A stretch of DNA of 64,000 bases from Bacteroidales bacterium (GCA_027859205.1 JAQIBH010000090.1:87-64086); one strand, 5' to 3'. Positions 10,133-20,282 are shown, counted from the stretch's first letter. Notes: generated from the letters alone by a model not told the origin. Numbers and translations are program-made.

Positions 10133-10318
10133 TTAGATATAATTAATTATAATTGCATAAATCCCATGAATAGAAGCAGTAAAAAACAGAATAATTCCGA
10201 GTAATTTATGAGTTTTATATTTTACCTTAATAAGTCTTAAACCACTTAGAAGTTGGAATAAAATTAATGATAAATTAATTATTCCAAGTAATAATATAAT
10301 ATCTACACCAAAAATCAT
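10133..10318 (-). CDS. Small two-helix membrane protein with two His in TM2 (cytochrome b-like hairpin)
   Basis: 61 aa, two hydrophobic helices, G12/G26 and H37/H51; starts 12 nt after the SOR-like gene. Confidence 0.7.
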   Translation of the reverse strand: MIFGVDIILLLGIINLSLILFQLLSGLRLIKVKYKTHKLLGIILFFTASIHGIYAIIINYI

Positions 10319-10330
10319 AATAATTTATTT

Positions 10331-10717
10331 TTATTCAACTTTAACAGTTACTTTTTCTTCGCTTTTTGATCCATGTCTGTTGCAGTGGCCTTCAGCTCTT
10401 ATTTCAAAATCTGCCTCAGCTTTAACCTTAAACTCAAGAGTAAAGTTTTGATTTTCTGGTAATTTATCTTTTGGATATTCCCATTTTTTATATTCTTCGC
10501 CATTTATTTTTACTAAAACCCAATCGGTATGATGCCCCGACGTATTACCAGAATGGCTAACTTCTATTTTTATAGTTATTTCTGTGCCCTTTTGAGCTTT
10601 TCCAGGAGCAATAACTTTTACCGAGGTTTTATTGGCATAACCATTGAAAGAGAATAAGATAAAAGCGAATAATGTGATAATTCCTGTAATCGTAAATTTA
10701 CGTTTCATAGTATACAT
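10331..10717 (-). CDS. Exported desulfoferrodoxin/neelaredoxin (superoxide reductase)-like protein
   Basis: HSGNTSGHHTDW and HCNRHG resemble the SOR HPNTTEHHI and CNIHG motifs; N-terminal signal peptide. Confidence 0.75.
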   Translation of the reverse strand: MYTMKRKFTITGIITLFAFILFSFNGYANKTSVKVIAPGKAQKGTEITIKIEVSHSGNTSGHHTDWVLVKINGEEYKKWEYPKDKLPENQNFTLEFKVKAEADFEIRAEGHCNRHGSKSEEKVTVKVE

Positions 10718-10898
10718 CCCGTTTAAATGTTTAGCTAATTTAATTAAAATTTTCTGATTTGGAAATTTGTTTAGGATTTATTGAATAATATTAAAGTGTT
10801 AAGAATTAAGAGCAAGATATTGTGCAGAAAGTAAATTAAAATCTAGGGTTAAGTATTATATGCTTGATTTTATGATTATGTTTTTTTGTATTTCTTTA

Positions 10899-10933
10899 TA
10901 TCTTGTGTCTTGTATCTTGTGTCTCACATCTTT
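10899..10933. repeat. 7-bp tandem repeat, five units
   Basis: TATCTTG TGTCTTG TATCTTG TGTCTCA CATCTTT. Confidence 0.75.
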
Positions 10934-10935
10934 TA

Positions 10936-12279
10936 TTAAATAACATCTGTTCCTTTTTTTATTAGCCACAACTTCCCAACATTTTCATAAAATTTTTCAA
11001 GTGGAAGTTTTGTTTTTAATACACTATTAAAGAAATTATATTTCGAAAGGTCATAATCAATTATTTGATTTTTTATTTCATCATAAAAAGGAGTGCCAGG
11101 CATAGGAGTAAGGATAGTATAACCAGCATAAGTTACTTTATGTGAATTAGTATATTCCGATAAAGCATTAAAATCAGAATCATCATAATCGTTCGGAATA
11201 ACATAATTTCCACGAAGCATAATTCCATTTTGATGAAAAATATTTATTGCTTCATGAATTAATTTCGCATCGGAACTTTTGTTATATCTTTTTAGTTCTT
11301 CTTCTCGAAAGGATTCAAATCCACAAATTACTACTTTTAAGCCACCTTTTGCTAGCTTTTCAATCAATTTAGGATATTTAACAGCTGTATCTGTTCTAAT
11401 ATCCATTATAAATGTTTTCTTAATTCCTTCTTCCTTAATTCGATCAAATAGCTTGTCAATAGTTGAGGTATCTACAATTGTATTTGCATCGGCAAACCTA
11501 ACAATAGGATAATCGTCGGTTTGTTTTAACTCTGTAATTATACTTTCGACGTTTCGTTTTAAATACTTCCCGTCGTACTGGCACCATATCGAGCAAAATG
11601 TACATTTATAAGGGCAACCAAGAGATGTGAAAAGGTAGGTTGATGGATATGGAGAATTCCCGACTTTATACGTTTCTTTCCATCTTTCTAAGTGTTTTCT
11701 GTTAGGAAATAAGAAATCCTTGTTTGCAGAATTAAATTCTATTGTTTTGGCTTTTGATTTTTCAAGTCTTCCTGCTCTATTAAAAATGACTCCTGGAATG
11801 TTTTCAATAGGAGTATTTAGTTCTTTCGCTTTAATAACTTCTTTAAATGTGTGTGCCGATTGCCCGGGAAGAATTATATCAACCGCAGGATCAGTAAAAT
11901 CATTTGTTGAAAGGGTTGCATGTAATCCGCCTACTACCGTTAATATATTTGGATTAAACTCCTTTGTTGCTTGTAAAATTTCAATTGCATAATAAAATTC
12001 CGATGCTATTGTGGTTGTTCCTACAACATCGGGCTTATGTTCTTTTAATAATTTTGTAACTAATTCTTTTAATGGAGGAGTCGTTTCTGGGTGAAGATCA
12101 TATTCACCTTTAGTATCAAAAACTACAACATCGTGGTCTTTTACTGCTTCAGCTACAGTAAGTAAACCTAACGGAGGGCCAATTAATTTTTTATGAATAT
12201 ACTTTTTTGCTTCTTCTGGTGCAGAAGCTAAAATCATGTTATGTGGTGATCGAGGTGTATTTATTAAAAGTATTTTCAT
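10936..12279 (-). CDS. Cobalamin-binding radical SAM protein (HpnR-like C-methyltransferase family)
   Basis: PPLGL, VGGLHAT, SLGCPYKCTFCSIW, LTPMPGTP. Confidence 0.88.
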   Translation of the reverse strand: MKILLINTPRSPHNMILASAPEEAKKYIHKKLIGPPLGLLTVAEAVKDHDVVVFDTKGEYDLHPETTPPLKELVTKLLKEHKPDVVGTTTIASEFYYAIEILQATKEFNPNILTVVGGLHATLSTNDFTDPAVDIILPGQSAHTFKEVIKAKELNTPIENIPGVIFNRAGRLEKSKAKTIEFNSANKDFLFPNRKHLERWKETYKVGNSPYPSTYLFTSLGCPYKCTFCSIWCQYDGKYLKRNVESIITELKQTDDYPIVRFADANTIVDTSTIDKLFDRIKEEGIKKTFIMDIRTDTAVKYPKLIEKLAKGGLKVVICGFESFREEELKRYNKSSDAKLIHEAINIFHQNGIMLRGNYVIPNDYDDSDFNALSEYTNSHKVTYAGYTILTPMPGTPFYDEIKNQIIDYDLSKYNFFNSVLKTKLPLEKFYENVGKLWLIKKGTDVI

Positions 12280-12428
12280 ATGTGAAGTCTAACAAAAAGC
12301 TGTTTGCGAAGATAACAAAAGATTCTAATTTATTTAAAAGGAAAGTCCCTTATGAATTAATGTGAACGACTTGATTATATATTTATGAATTCGATAATTT
12401 ATTTACAAAGCTTATTGATTTTTAAAAT

Positions 12429-14780
12429 TTAGAATTGAATTCGATAACTTGCCATTGGATATAATTCCATTTCACGATTATAATATTCTTTACCAGTTAA
12501 AGGATCTATTCTATATTCATATACACTTGTATATCCTGTTCTGTATTGTAAATCCATAGCAATTTCAACATTGTATTTGGGTTTATTCCTCTTAATTCCT
12601 AATCTTAAATTAATTCGGAAATAATCTTTTTGCTGGATTTCATAAGCATTATCCCAATCAAGAACTTCAATTCCTTGGTTTAACGTTTCTGCTACATCGT
12701 AAGGAATATAGGGTCTTCCTCCAGCATAGGTTGTTCTTAATCCAATAGAAAAAGCGTTATTCTTTCTGAAAGGAATTTCATAACCTCCTAATACATTAAT
12801 TGCGTAATTACCATTAAATGCTGTATTCCTCTTTATCCCATCATATCCCTTATAATTTGACTCATAGATGGATGCTGTAATTAAGAAATAAAAATTATTG
12901 GATAAAAATCGTTCGAGTGTAAATTCAATCCCATAGTTTTCACCAGTACCTTTATTTACTAAACTATCAGTACGTTCAATAAAATATTCAGCACCAAAAT
13001 TAAGAACGGAATACTCGGGTTGTCCTTCTTTTACAGGTACATCATATAAATATTGGTAATATGTTTCTATTTTTAATCTTAGTACATCACTAAATAAATG
13101 ATCATACCCTAAAATAATCTGATTGCTTTTTGTAAAATCCAAATTCTTGTTAGATAAAACGATATCTCCATTGTTTAGCTGGGTTTGAGTAAAATAGATT
13201 ATTCTTAGCTGCGTTTGGCTATGTAATCCATATCCAATTTTAAAAGAGTTTTTCTCGTTTAAATTCCAATTAAATCCCATTCGTGGCTCTAATGAAAATG
13301 AATTGTTCATATCAAGATATTGGGAATGTAGCCCTAAATACAGTTCTATATTATTAGTGAATTTATGTTTGAATTGTGTATATAATTGAAATAAATTAAA
13401 TTCATCGCTCAGATCAGTGAACACCTCAAATTGTCCTTCAGTCATCGTACTATCAGCAAAATTTACAAAGTATCGATCTGCAATAAGACCATAGCTAAAT
13501 GTATTTCTGCTATTAATTTTTGTGTTCACATGAGTTGTAAGGCTGGCTTTTACTTCAGATGATTCTTCACCTGCCCAAATATCTGGACTTGGGTCCCCGA
13601 CACTTATAGTATCAATTTGAGTAGTTACTTTTGATCCATACAGAGATATGGCAGTTTGTAATCTGGTTTTTGTACCAAAAAAATGAACATATGAAAGAGC
13701 TAATGTGCCAATATCAGATCCATTACTTAAATCTTCGCCCCAACTTTCAAAAGCCCAGTCTTTTTGATCATCATTAGAATCAAACATTTCGATATAGCTT
13801 TTGCCACCCATCCCAACAAAAGTCAGTCTCCCTTTTTTCATAGGAAAATTGAGTTTAAATGTTAAATCTTGATATTGTGTGGTTTCAACTTCAGCACCAA
13901 GTAAATCTATAATATCTACAAGTGAATATCTATAAGCAATTAAATAAGAGGCATTAGAGTTTTTTGAAAATGGACCTTCAGTTCCAAATTCTAAACCGTT
14001 ATAACCAAATTCAGCCCAATATTCTCTTTTTTCATTGTTTCCCGCACGCATTTTTAAATCAAATACTCCTGCAAGGGCATTTCCATATTCAGCAGGAAAA
14101 GCTCCTGTTAAGAAATCCGAATTAGTAAGCAAATTATTATTTAATATGGTTATGGGACCACCGGTTGTCCCGGATGCCGCAAAATGATTCGGATTAGGAA
14201 TTTCAATTCCATCGAGCCTCCATAATAATCCTGTTGAGGAGTTTCCCCTAATAACAATATCGTTTCTGTTATCACGAACTGACATAACTCCGGCATAATT
14301 TGCGGCCATTCTCGCAGGATCTCCATAGCTTCCCGGATATCTTTTAGTTTCATCAACCGTAAATGATCGGGCACTAATGGTTGCCATTTTATTTATAGGC
14401 TTATCTTTTTTGATAGTTGCTTTTATAACTACTTCGTCAATTGCAGTCACAGATTCGTCTAATTCAATTCTAATAATTTTCTCTTTAGCTGAGCTAATGA
14501 CAATATTATCAATAATTTGTGTTTTGTAACCAATATAACTTGCTTGAATGGTTTGCCTCCCTATAATTACTTCTTCGAATCTAAAATAACCGTTTTCATT
14601 GCTTATTGTACCTTGTTGAGGCGAAGATTCCGGTAAAATAATATTTACACTAGGTAAAGGAATCTGAGTTTCCCTATCAACAACAATCCCTCTTAATGTT
14701 TGTTTTAAATTTTCTTGTGAAGAGCCGACCTTAGTTTGGGAAATCAGCAGAGAAAGAATTAAGATATATTTTAGGTTCAT
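12429..14780 (-). CDS. TonB-dependent receptor with N-terminal carboxypeptidase-regulatory-like domain
   Basis: Signal peptide, plug motifs (IVIRGNS, NPNHF, FPAEYGNALAGVFD), beta-barrel ending in Phe (YRIQF). Confidence 0.9.
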   Translation of the reverse strand: MNLKYILILSLLISQTKVGSSQENLKQTLRGIVVDRETQIPLPSVNIILPESSPQQGTISNENGYFRFEEVIIGRQTIQASYIGYKTQIIDNIVISSAKEKIIRIELDESVTAIDEVVIKATIKKDKPINKMATISARSFTVDETKRYPGSYGDPARMAANYAGVMSVRDNRNDIVIRGNSSTGLLWRLDGIEIPNPNHFAASGTTGGPITILNNNLLTNSDFLTGAFPAEYGNALAGVFDLKMRAGNNEKREYWAEFGYNGLEFGTEGPFSKNSNASYLIAYRYSLVDIIDLLGAEVETTQYQDLTFKLNFPMKKGRLTFVGMGGKSYIEMFDSNDDQKDWAFESWGEDLSNGSDIGTLALSYVHFFGTKTRLQTAISLYGSKVTTQIDTISVGDPSPDIWAGEESSEVKASLTTHVNTKINSRNTFSYGLIADRYFVNFADSTMTEGQFEVFTDLSDEFNLFQLYTQFKHKFTNNIELYLGLHSQYLDMNNSFSLEPRMGFNWNLNEKNSFKIGYGLHSQTQLRIIYFTQTQLNNGDIVLSNKNLDFTKSNQIILGYDHLFSDVLRLKIETYYQYLYDVPVKEGQPEYSVLNFGAEYFIERTDSLVNKGTGENYGIEFTLERFLSNNFYFLITASIYESNYKGYDGIKRNTAFNGNYAINVLGGYEIPFRKNNAFSIGLRTTYAGGRPYIPYDVAETLNQGIEVLDWDNAYEIQQKDYFRINLRLGIKRNKPKYNVEIAMDLQYRTGYTSVYEYRIDPLTGKEYYNREMELYPMASYRIQF

Positions 14781-14827
14781 TAATTATATTTCGTTTTACT
14801 TTCAGATAAACAAATATACACGAATTA

Positions 14828-15394
14828 TTAATTACTTTTTATTGAGAATCCTGCTTGTTCAATAATATCTCCTAACTGAATGTATTTCCCGTGAGAATAT
14901 GCTATTAGTTCTTGATGTTGCATGTTTATAGCACCGGTTGATTTATCGATATAATTTTCAGATACTTGAATATTCACAACTTCGGCAAGAAACATGTCGT
15001 GTGATCCAAGTTCTTTAATTTCAGTTACTTTACATTCAATATTTATAGGAGATTCAACAATTATTGTAGTATTTACCTTTTCACCTTTACGAGGAGTGAG
15101 CCCCATTTCTTTAAACTTATCACAATCTCTTCCAGATTTTCTTCCACAGAAATCTGCTGCTCTAACTAAATCTTTTGTCGAGTAATTTATCACAAACTCC
15201 ATATTTCTCTTAATAATATCATGCGAGTATCGCTCTTTTCGAATAGAAACATAGCACATAGGAGGAATTGAATTAATTGTTCCTGTCCATGCTATTGTAA
15301 TAATATTATGCTCATCAGAGTTTGAGCCACAGCTTACCATTGCTGCAGGAACTGGATAAATTAATGCTGCAGGGTTTTTATTTATTTTTTTCAT
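14828..15394 (-). CDS. Flavin reductase family protein (flavoredoxin-like)
   Basis: YPVPAAMV, NIITIAW, SGRDCDKF, ELGSHDMFLAEV. Confidence 0.9.
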   Translation of the reverse strand: MKKINKNPAALIYPVPAAMVSCGSNSDEHNIITIAWTGTINSIPPMCYVSIRKERYSHDIIKRNMEFVINYSTKDLVRAADFCGRKSGRDCDKFKEMGLTPRKGEKVNTTIIVESPINIECKVTEIKELGSHDMFLAEVVNIQVSENYIDKSTGAINMQHQELIAYSHGKYIQLGDIIEQAGFSIKSN

Positions 15395-15521
15395 GATTTT
15401 TAGGGCTTGACATTAATTTATAATCCAGAAGATTAAGTATAATATGTTTAATTTAATAAAACTAGCCGTTTTTTTAACTATAACAGATGAAAAATACAAA
15501 TGAGGAAAATAAATTTTTACA

Positions 15522-15553
15522 AATAAAAAAACCGACATTTGCCGGTTTTTATT
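15522..15553 (-). terminator. Intrinsic terminator after the STAS gene
   Basis: AAAAACCG-N8-CGGTTTTT flanked by A/T tracts. Confidence 0.7.
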
Positions 15554-15892
15554 TTATTCAAATGTATCCATACACTTGTCTATATCATCGCAAATGTCGA
15601 ATACATTATGTAATTGTAACAGTTTAACCAATTCCATAACTTCTGGAGAAATATTGCAAATTTTAAATTGACTATCATTATTCTTTGCATTTCGTAATAT
15701 TGAAAGCAAAGCTCCAAAACCAGAACTGTCAACATATTCAACACCTTCTAGGTTTAGAATAAGTTTCGTATTTGCCATTGTTAAATATTGAGCAACTTCT
15801 TCTTTTAAAGACTGGGCAATTAAGATATTTAATTTGCTCACATTATCAAATGTTAGTATCTCAATTCCGTTGTTCGATTCATGTTTTAACAT
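15554..15892 (-). CDS. STAS-domain anti-sigma factor antagonist
   Basis: LNLEGVEYVDSSGFGAL phosphoacceptor motif. Confidence 0.92.
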   Translation of the reverse strand: MLKHESNNGIEILTFDNVSKLNILIAQSLKEEVAQYLTMANTKLILNLEGVEYVDSSGFGALLSILRNAKNNDSQFKICNISPEVMELVKLLQLHNVFDICDDIDKCMDTFE

Positions 15893-15909
15893 AGATTCCG
15901 GTTTAAAGG

Positions 15910-16272
15910 TTAATATTTTCGAATTTTCTTAATTTCTTTTAATTCTCTAACAGCTATATTACTTTCACTTACAAATTTAGCAATAATTTCCTTATATCCA
16001 TTAATATTCTTTCCCTCTTTTGCATTTTCCTCCAAATTTTTTAGCACATTAGCTAATTCTTTCATTCCCACCATTAGGATAGCAGATTTTGCTTTGTGTG
16101 CTGTTTTGCCTAAATTAATCCAGTCTTTATTTGAATAGCAATCATTTAATGATTTTTGATATTCTGGGATTTGCTCAAAAAACATTTCAATCAAATCTTT
16201 AATTAAGTCATTACTTCCGTCACTTATCTCATTTAAATACGAAAGGTCAACTATCTTATGATTGTTCTCCAT
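15910..16272 (-). CDS. Stand-alone Hpt (histidine phosphotransfer) protein
   Basis: DLSYL...AHKAKSA motif, helical 120 aa. Confidence 0.9.
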   Translation of the reverse strand: MENNHKIVDLSYLNEISDGSNDLIKDLIEMFFEQIPEYQKSLNDCYSNKDWINLGKTAHKAKSAILMVGMKELANVLKNLEENAKEGKNINGYKEIIAKFVSESNIAVRELKEIKKIRKY

Positions 16273-16464
16273 TATCTTTTAAAATCATTTTTTAAAAATA
16301 TCGTAATAATTTTAATGTTTAGCAAAATACAAAAAATTAATTATAAAGAATATAAGTATAAAGAGATATTAATTTTTATTTTTACAATACTTTTCTTATA
16401 ATTAAACAATCTATCTTGATTTGAGTATAAGGATTAATTAGAGACTAAATCAAACTGAATAATA

Positions 16465-17517
16465 ATGAAACAAATTTTACTAAGCATATTAACAATTTTG
16501 TTAGCTTTTAATTCTTTTTCTCAAAACCCTAATTCAATTGAAAATGAGATTAAAGAGATAAGAAAAAATGCAAGTCTTAAATATAATGAGGGTGTTAGAT
16601 TTGCAAAAGAAGGGAAATACACAGAAGCTCATAAAAAATTTGATCAATCTTTGTTTTTGTATTCTGATTTTGCGCTGCCTTATCTGGAAAGAGCTAAAAT
16701 AAAAATTATACGACAAGAGTTTGACTTAGCAATGAATGACGTTGCAAAAGCAATTGAACTTAACGACGGTTTGGGCGAAGCGTTTTATATTAGAGCATAT
16801 ATGAAATTATTAATGAATGATCATCAAAATGCATTAACAGATTTTACACATGCAATACAAAAAGGATTCACCGAATCAGAATCTTATTATTACCGAGGTT
16901 TAATGAATTTTGAATTAGGTGATTATAACAGCTCACTTATCGATTTTACATTAGCAATTGATAAAAATTATGATTTTGCGTATGCTTATAACGAACGCGC
17001 TAGCTCTAAAAGGATGCTTGGAGATTTTCATGGTGCGATTCATGATTATAAGCAAGCATTAGCATATGACTCGACCATTATCGTTGCATATGATAATAGA
17101 GGAAGCTGTAAAATAAAAACCGGAGATTTTGAGGGCGCTATAGAGGATTATACAAAGGCTTTTCAAAAAGACCCAGAGTATTATTTGGCAATAAATAATA
17201 GAGGAAGTGCCTATTATCAAATGAGTAATTATGAATTAGCACTAAAAGATTTTACTAAAGTTACTGAAATGAACAAAGAATATGCTCCAGGCTATAATAA
17301 CTTAGGAATTACAAAGATCCAACTTGCAAACTATTTGGGTGCTGAAAAAGACTTAGATAAAGCCATAGAATTAGATCCAGAATATGGTGCAGCGTATGTA
17401 AATAGGGGATATGCAAAGGAATTTTTAGGAAAATTTCCTGCTGCATGCGCAGATTGGAAAATGGCAATAGAACTTGGAATAGAAGAAGCTGAGAAATATA
17501 TTACCGAATGTGAATAA
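16465..17517 (+). CDS. Exported tetratricopeptide repeat protein
   Basis: Signal peptide plus repeated AYxNRG...A..D...AI units, ending ACADW. Confidence 0.92.
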   Translation: MKQILLSILTILLAFNSFSQNPNSIENEIKEIRKNASLKYNEGVRFAKEGKYTEAHKKFDQSLFLYSDFALPYLERAKIKIIRQEFDLAMNDVAKAIELNDGLGEAFYIRAYMKLLMNDHQNALTDFTHAIQKGFTESESYYYRGLMNFELGDYNSSLIDFTLAIDKNYDFAYAYNERASSKRMLGDFHGAIHDYKQALAYDSTIIVAYDNRGSCKIKTGDFEGAIEDYTKAFQKDPEYYLAINNRGSAYYQMSNYELALKDFTKVTEMNKEYAPGYNNLGITKIQLANYLGAEKDLDKAIELDPEYGAAYVNRGYAKEFLGKFPAACADWKMAIELGIEEAEKYITECE

Positions 17518-17534
17518 TATAAATTGTATTTAAA

Positions 17535-19613
17535 ATGAGAATATTTAAAATAACTATATTATCGCTTTTTATCCTATGTGCAAATAGTCTTTTTAGTAAG
17601 GCTCAGGAAAATCTGAAAATTAAAAAAAGCGACTTTAAAATAGAAATAAAGGAAGTAGGTTTTAAAGATGCTTGGAAAGATATAAAAGAAGGAGAAAAGC
17701 TATTTACAGCGGGATTAGGTACTTTCCCCAATGCCTTGGTTTATTATTTAAAAGCAAATAAATATAATTCAGAGTGCGCTAAGCTAAGTTATAAAATAGG
17801 TGTTTGTTATTTAGCAACAGATAAGTTTTATTATGCTACAGAATATTTGGAAAAGGCTTATTTAAAAGATAATAACATTGCTGACGATGTTCATTTAATG
17901 TTAGCTAGAGCTTATCATTTGAATCTTGATTTTGATAATGCTATCGAAAATTATAATGCTTATTACAATTCTTTTTCAGTGAAAAATTTGGAGAAATATG
18001 ATATCAGTGTCGATAAATACATAAAAGAATGTAAGTATGGGCAAGAACTTGTCAATAGTCCAGTAAGGGTAATAATTAATAATTTGGGTGAAAGAATTAA
18101 TTCTGAATTCGACGATTACAATCCTGTATTACATCCTAATCAAAACTTATTGTATTTTACTTCACGATGCAATGTTGATAAAAAAGACAAAAGATTAAAA
18201 GTAGATAATAAGTACAAAGAAAATATCTTTATTTCTGAACAGGCAGGTGAGCTATGGAGAAAACCCAAAATTATTGAAAATAAACTTGATTCAAAAAGCA
18301 ATGAGTCTTTATTGACATTATCATCTGATGGAAGTAAAATATTTTTATACAATGGTGAAGAAAATGGCGGTGATATAATGGTAAGTGAATTGAAAAAAGA
18401 TAGTTGGAAATCACCTAAAAGAATATCTGGCAGGATCTTATCAAAAAGCAAAGAAACTACAATTACTTTTAGTCCTGATGAAAGTGAAATGTTTTTTGTA
18501 TCCAACCAGTACGGTACTATTGGTGGTATGGATATTTTTTATAGTAAGATAGATGCTAAAGGTAAATGGACTGAACCAATGAATATGAATGCGGCCATTA
18601 ATACTCCTTATGACGAAGAAGCTGTTTATTGGCATCCTAAAGTAGATAAGTTATATTTTAGTTCACAAGGTCATAATTCAATGGGTGGATTTGATGTATT
18701 TGTAATGGAAAGAGATATAAATGGTGTGTGGTCAAGTCCAGAAAATTTGGGATATCCAATTAATACACCAAGCGATGATATTTTCTTTAAAATGGACGAA
18801 ACAAATAAACATGCTTATTATTCATCTGTTCGCGATAATGGTTATGGTGGAAAAGATTTATATAAAGTAATAATACTTGGTGAAGAAAAAATGTTAAAAC
18901 TAAAAACTGATGATATTTATTTAGCATGGAATCATATACCAATTGATGATTTATTTTATCATGTGCCCTCTGAAATAAAAGTAGACACTGCCTTATTTAT
19001 GGTTGGAATGGTTACAGATTCTAAATCGGGCGAATCAATAAAACTTACTAAAATTGAGGTAATTGATCTTGAGTTAAGCCAGGTTGTTGCAACAGGATTA
19101 ACAGATACAGCAGGAATGTATCAAATAAAAATTCCTAAGAATAAGGATTATGGAGTTGAGGTTACAGCCAAAGATTATTTGTTCTTTGTTGAAATTGCTT
19201 ATTTATCACAAAAACAGGTTGTTAAAAGTAAAATAACAGTGAATTTCCAATTAGATAAGATCGATGTTGGTGCAACAATGGTTTTAAATAATATTTTCTT
19301 TGAAACAAATAAAGCAACAATAAAGGTTGAGTCTACTACAGAACTTGAACGTCTTGCAAATCTGTTGATTGAAAATCCTACAATTCGACTTGAGATTTCT
19401 GGACATACAGATAATGTAGGTTCGTTCCGAGCAAATCAAAAACTTTCGGAATCTCGTGCTAAAAGTGTTGTTGATTATATGGTTAGTAAAGGTGTTGGTT
19501 CAAGTCGTCTAGAGTATAAGGGTTATTCTTTTAATCAACCTATTGCCGATAATAATACAGCTGAAGGACGTGGTAAGAATCGTCGTGTAGAGTTTAAGGT
19601 ACTGAGCAAATAA
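17535..19613 (+). CDS. TPR-PD40-OmpA family protein (PorE-like architecture)
   Basis: TPR N-terminus, PD40 repeats (GGxDIF, INTPYDE), OmpA C-terminus (GHTD, LSESRAKSV, NRRVEF). Confidence 0.9.
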   Translation: MRIFKITILSLFILCANSLFSKAQENLKIKKSDFKIEIKEVGFKDAWKDIKEGEKLFTAGLGTFPNALVYYLKANKYNSECAKLSYKIGVCYLATDKFYYATEYLEKAYLKDNNIADDVHLMLARAYHLNLDFDNAIENYNAYYNSFSVKNLEKYDISVDKYIKECKYGQELVNSPVRVIINNLGERINSEFDDYNPVLHPNQNLLYFTSRCNVDKKDKRLKVDNKYKENIFISEQAGELWRKPKIIENKLDSKSNESLLTLSSDGSKIFLYNGEENGGDIMVSELKKDSWKSPKRISGRILSKSKETTITFSPDESEMFFVSNQYGTIGGMDIFYSKIDAKGKWTEPMNMNAAINTPYDEEAVYWHPKVDKLYFSSQGHNSMGGFDVFVMERDINGVWSSPENLGYPINTPSDDIFFKMDETNKHAYYSSVRDNGYGGKDLYKVIILGEEKMLKLKTDDIYLAWNHIPIDDLFYHVPSEIKVDTALFMVGMVTDSKSGESIKLTKIEVIDLELSQVVATGLTDTAGMYQIKIPKNKDYGVEVTAKDYLFFVEIAYLSQKQVVKSKITVNFQLDKIDVGATMVLNNIFFETNKATIKVESTTELERLANLLIENPTIRLEISGHTDNVGSFRANQKLSESRAKSVVDYMVSKGVGSSRLEYKGYSFNQPIADNNTAEGRGKNRRVEFKVLSK

Positions 19614-19641
19614 GATTTAATAGTAAGAATTAAGAAAATTA

Positions 19642-19679
19642 AAAGGACAGAAAATTCAATACTGAATTTTCTGTCCTTT
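19642..19679 (+). terminator. Intrinsic terminator
   Basis: AAAGGACAGAAAATTCA-ATAC-TGAATTTTCTGTCCTTT perfect stem. Confidence 0.85.
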
Positions 19680-20244
19680 CTTTATTATGGTCAATTTAAT
19701 AAATTTGTTTTCAAACAAGCATTATTAAAATTATTGAACCGTATATAATTGGAATCAAGGATACATTTTTCTTAAAAATAAGGTCTGAAAATACCGAAGC
19801 CAATGTTATAAATAGTATATACAATCGACATTGAAAGCGGATTACGATGAATAGTAAAACCATTTATACCAACAAACATAATAATTATGGAGAAATAGTT
19901 AAGGTCAACCTAACTTGATGCATTTAGGTCGCTCTTTTTAGATTTTTTTTTTTTAAAAAGATGTAAACAATTCAATCGTGCATGCCGTCCACCATATTCT
20001 TCTTAAAATACTCACTTAGAATAAATATAGACTAACAATACGATCTAACAAGTAATTTGGGCAGGTTAAAATTCCTCGGATAATTTAAAAATGGTGTTCA
20101 GAAGAATTTGCGGAAAAACCGATTAGAATGATGAAATTTAAAATAACCCCGTTATAAGCTTTAATGCAATTGGAAAATATAACTTTCCCAAGAGGTTGTT
20201 TAAAAATTTAATCATTATAACTAACGATGCTAAGTGATTATTAA

Positions 20245-20282
20245 ATAGCAAAAGAGGGATGAAACCATCCCTCTTTTGCTAT
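20245..20282 (-). terminator. Intrinsic terminator after the multiheme cytochrome
   Basis: 17-bp perfect stem ATAGCAAAAGAGGGATG-AAAC-CATCCCTCTTTTGCTAT. Confidence 0.85.

Noticed and set aside
10936-12279. Hopanoid methylase assignment (hpnR)
   Set aside because: Only family-level resemblance; no squalene-hopene cyclase or other hpn genes in the window
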